NCBI GenBank assembly: GCA_030295235.1
Contig: AP026124.1
Coordinates: forward strand, 868,001-932,000
Source of the DNA: Fistulifera solaris
Taxonomy: Eukaryota
DNA: 64,000 nucleotides
Direction of reading: 5' to 3'
Shown: one piece after another, positions 61,557 to 64,000 of the stretch
Layout: each line of letters starts with the position of its first letter
How positions within the stretch are numbered: position 1 is the stretch's first letter
Notes under the pieces: model-generated
Database searches by the model: none
Told to the model about the DNA's origin: nothing
Seen by the model: only the letters and a program-made list of their open reading frames with translations
Position numbers and translations under genes: made by a program

Positions 61557-63488
61557 TCAAGGTGTATCACTAGAGTTAATCAATGCAAGTGCTTCCGAAA
61601 CACTAGCAACGTCAGCCTTTCGAATCTTATGCAATCGCAAAAAAATTCCTTCACCAATAAAACGAGCTTTGTGTGCAAGGAAACAAGCCGCCAACACGGC
61701 TGGTACAAGTTGCAACGACTCGACCTTTTTCTTCTTTTCAACCTTCTCATCCGCCTTCATTGATTTATCTTGATTCTGAGATTCGCCATCACGGGCAACG
61801 TGCAAAATTTGCTGCATGTCGACCTCAAATGTACGCAGATCAACTCCTTTATGATGCAGATAAAAAGGACACGCTGCATATCCGCTTCACCCGGCCGATA
61901 GTGACCGGAATGGGGATACACACGCGTCAATATTCCGTCGTCGTCCGTGAGGAAGATCCCAGCAGCTGCGACTGCTTTCCCTCCGAAGAATGAAGAGTGA
62001 TGAAATCGCTGCTTAGACTGACCCGAAACCGTCGTGATCTTCTGCGCACCGTACATGATTCCGTCTCGAAGCACGAACATCCAACCGTCCGGTCCTGTTC
62101 GTACGGGATCGTTGTCTACGTCTAGAACCAGACCGCGCCCCATGTCGTCAGGTACAAAACGCATAGCATAACCATTAGTAACATCTGGATTGGAAATGTA
62201 AAGTACTGTATCGGAATCGAGCTTTGCGCGAGGGCATTCCTCAAGCTCCGGTAGCGGTTGTCCAGCAGCTTCTCCTTTGCTATCGAGCCAATCGAAAAAC
62301 ATATTCGCTGGACATCCCAAAGATTCCCAGTGCCTGTAGTACAATCTCAAGTTCTTCCCATATCGATGATATTTGTCTGACACCTCCAGCCATGCTTTTC
62401 TGTGAAGCTGGGCATAATTTCCGCGCGACGTGCCGCTTTTGACGATCTCCGGTGGGTTGCTTTGAATGCCTTTGTAGACAAAATCCTGCGCAGCAGATCC
62501 TTCTGGTAATTTGTCGAGAAAGATTCGCTTAATTGTCGCTCTCGTTCCCCCAAAAGGCCATGGAAAACGTGATTTTGTGGGCGGCGAAATCGTATCAACA
62601 CTGATAGAAGTGGCGGGTTCAATTTGTTTGAGCAACGAAGTGCCTTTGTAAGACTTCAACGATACATGAACCTCCGCAGCATCGTCGTCATCGTCGTCGT
62701 CGTCCACTTCTTCTTCAATGATGCGCAAGTCGTCCTGCTCACAAGGTCGTAGCTCTCCAACTGCTTCAGCGAACTGTGCAGCCTCGCGCTTGCGTCGAGA
62801 GGCAGTCTCTTCTTCTGCTACCTTCGAAGAAACAGATTCTTCAATCGAAAACGGTTCTTCTTCTATACTAGCGGGCTCCGACATACCGTCTATGTCACCA
62901 TACAGCGGTCTCTCTGAAATGTTATCATAGTCTTGTTGGACCCATAGCTCTCCCGATAAAGCTTTGCGGACTGCTTCAAGGTCATGGAATATATTGTCGG
63001 ATGGCGAGTTAAACGCATCACCGTTCTCCGAGAGAGCCGAGATACTCCCCCTTATTAAGTCGAAATGACGGAGATTTCTCGATTAAATGCTCGACGACTT
63101 GCTGTTCCTCTGACGACAGAAGCAACGACATTCGGGAAATAGTGCGGTTGTGTGACGGAGATGCGTGTAGCGCCGAAACACCCGTGTTACTCCCATCAAC
63201 ACAGTCTCCGCTAGCGTGAATACTCTCCAAAATATCAGCATCTTGCTCTCGCATTAAAAGTTCTAACGTATCCCTGGAAACGAACTCAGTGCGTGTCCTG
63301 TTGGAGCGACTAGAACGAACGGATCTCGTCTCTGCTGCATCGCCTTCTGCTATCTCGTCCTCTAGACTCTCGTCTTTCTCCTCTTCCCACAACTGAGAGC
63401 AGTCATCGGGTGTAAAATCAACAAGACTTTCAACGGTGTTAAGTTTGGGATGTGCAGCAATGTCAGATGTCATCTCCTTCTGCGACAA
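61557..63488 (-). CDS. IQM-family (plant IQ-motif protein)-like protein
   Basis: WLEVSDKYHRYGKNL..FFDWLD, FHHSSFFGG..AAG and PHSGHYRP motifs. ORFs joined by indels near 63030 and 61865. Confidence 0.75.
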
Positions 63489-64000
63489 TAAAGATGAAGC
63501 ACGATCGTTTCTGAGACTGAGCGATCAACAGCAACACGCGCATTATAACAAGAGCGAGAGAGCTCGAAAAGCATCACTGGTATCAACGAATGGCACTGTC
63601 TTCTCTACTGTAGGCAACAAGGAAGAGAGGACATTGAATTCGCTCACCTAAATTTTTTGTACATAATTCTAGAGAGATAACCAGTACCGGTTCCTGAGTC
63701 ACTGTACGTTGCAATTATTGCGCGCGCCACGCCGCAACCAGAGTTTTTCCTCCACATTACACTCTTCATAACATCGCGAAGATGAATCTTGAGCAAACGA
63801 ATCTTGTTGTTGAATCTCTTCTCTTCCCTTTTCGTCGCAAGGAACACGTAGGCAGCTTCATGAGATGAGTGTGAAGCTATTGGTGACGACAGTGCTATTA
63901 TTACTTCCATACGTGCACACTTTTTCGGTGGAAAAGAGAGTGTCGAAACTGCTTTCTTGGTCGAAATCGGAAAATGAGGCACCTACTATCCTGGGATGGT

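Noticed and set aside
2150..63030. Programmed ribosomal frameshifting or an alternative genetic code
   Set aside because: Indels are of both signs, mostly in homopolymers, with no common slippery or stop motif; the standard code reads conserved proteins correctly.

Overview
Compact, intron-containing eukaryotic genomic DNA, almost certainly a diatom. Evidence: short GT-AG introns and several bipartite signal-peptide + 'AF' plastid-targeting leaders. About 27 protein genes are recognisable: chorismate synthase, cathepsin X, Nth-like glycosylase, two rhomboids, TPMT, a Tfc4-like TPR protein, HSF, CysRS, ValRS, frataxin-like, a PPR-TrmB fusion, nitronate monooxygenase, ATAD3, phosphomevalonate kinase, epsilon-COP, a GH81 glucanase, MsrB-like, PI4K and IQM-like, among others. 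Many carry single-base indels, mostly in homopolymers, best explained as assembly errors. Highlights: (1) an intron-containing, probably mitochondrion-targeted ureohydrolase with the sequence hallmarks of the Ni-dependent guanidine hydrolase GdmH, next to two small membrane-protein genes; (2) a diverged ~2-kb inverted repeat enclosing two convergent host genes; (3) a ~30-copy 34-bp array with a palindromic core and one inverted outlying unit; (4) a recurrent GTACC(A/T)GGTAC motif upstream of many genes. All family calls come from motif recognition; no database searches were run.
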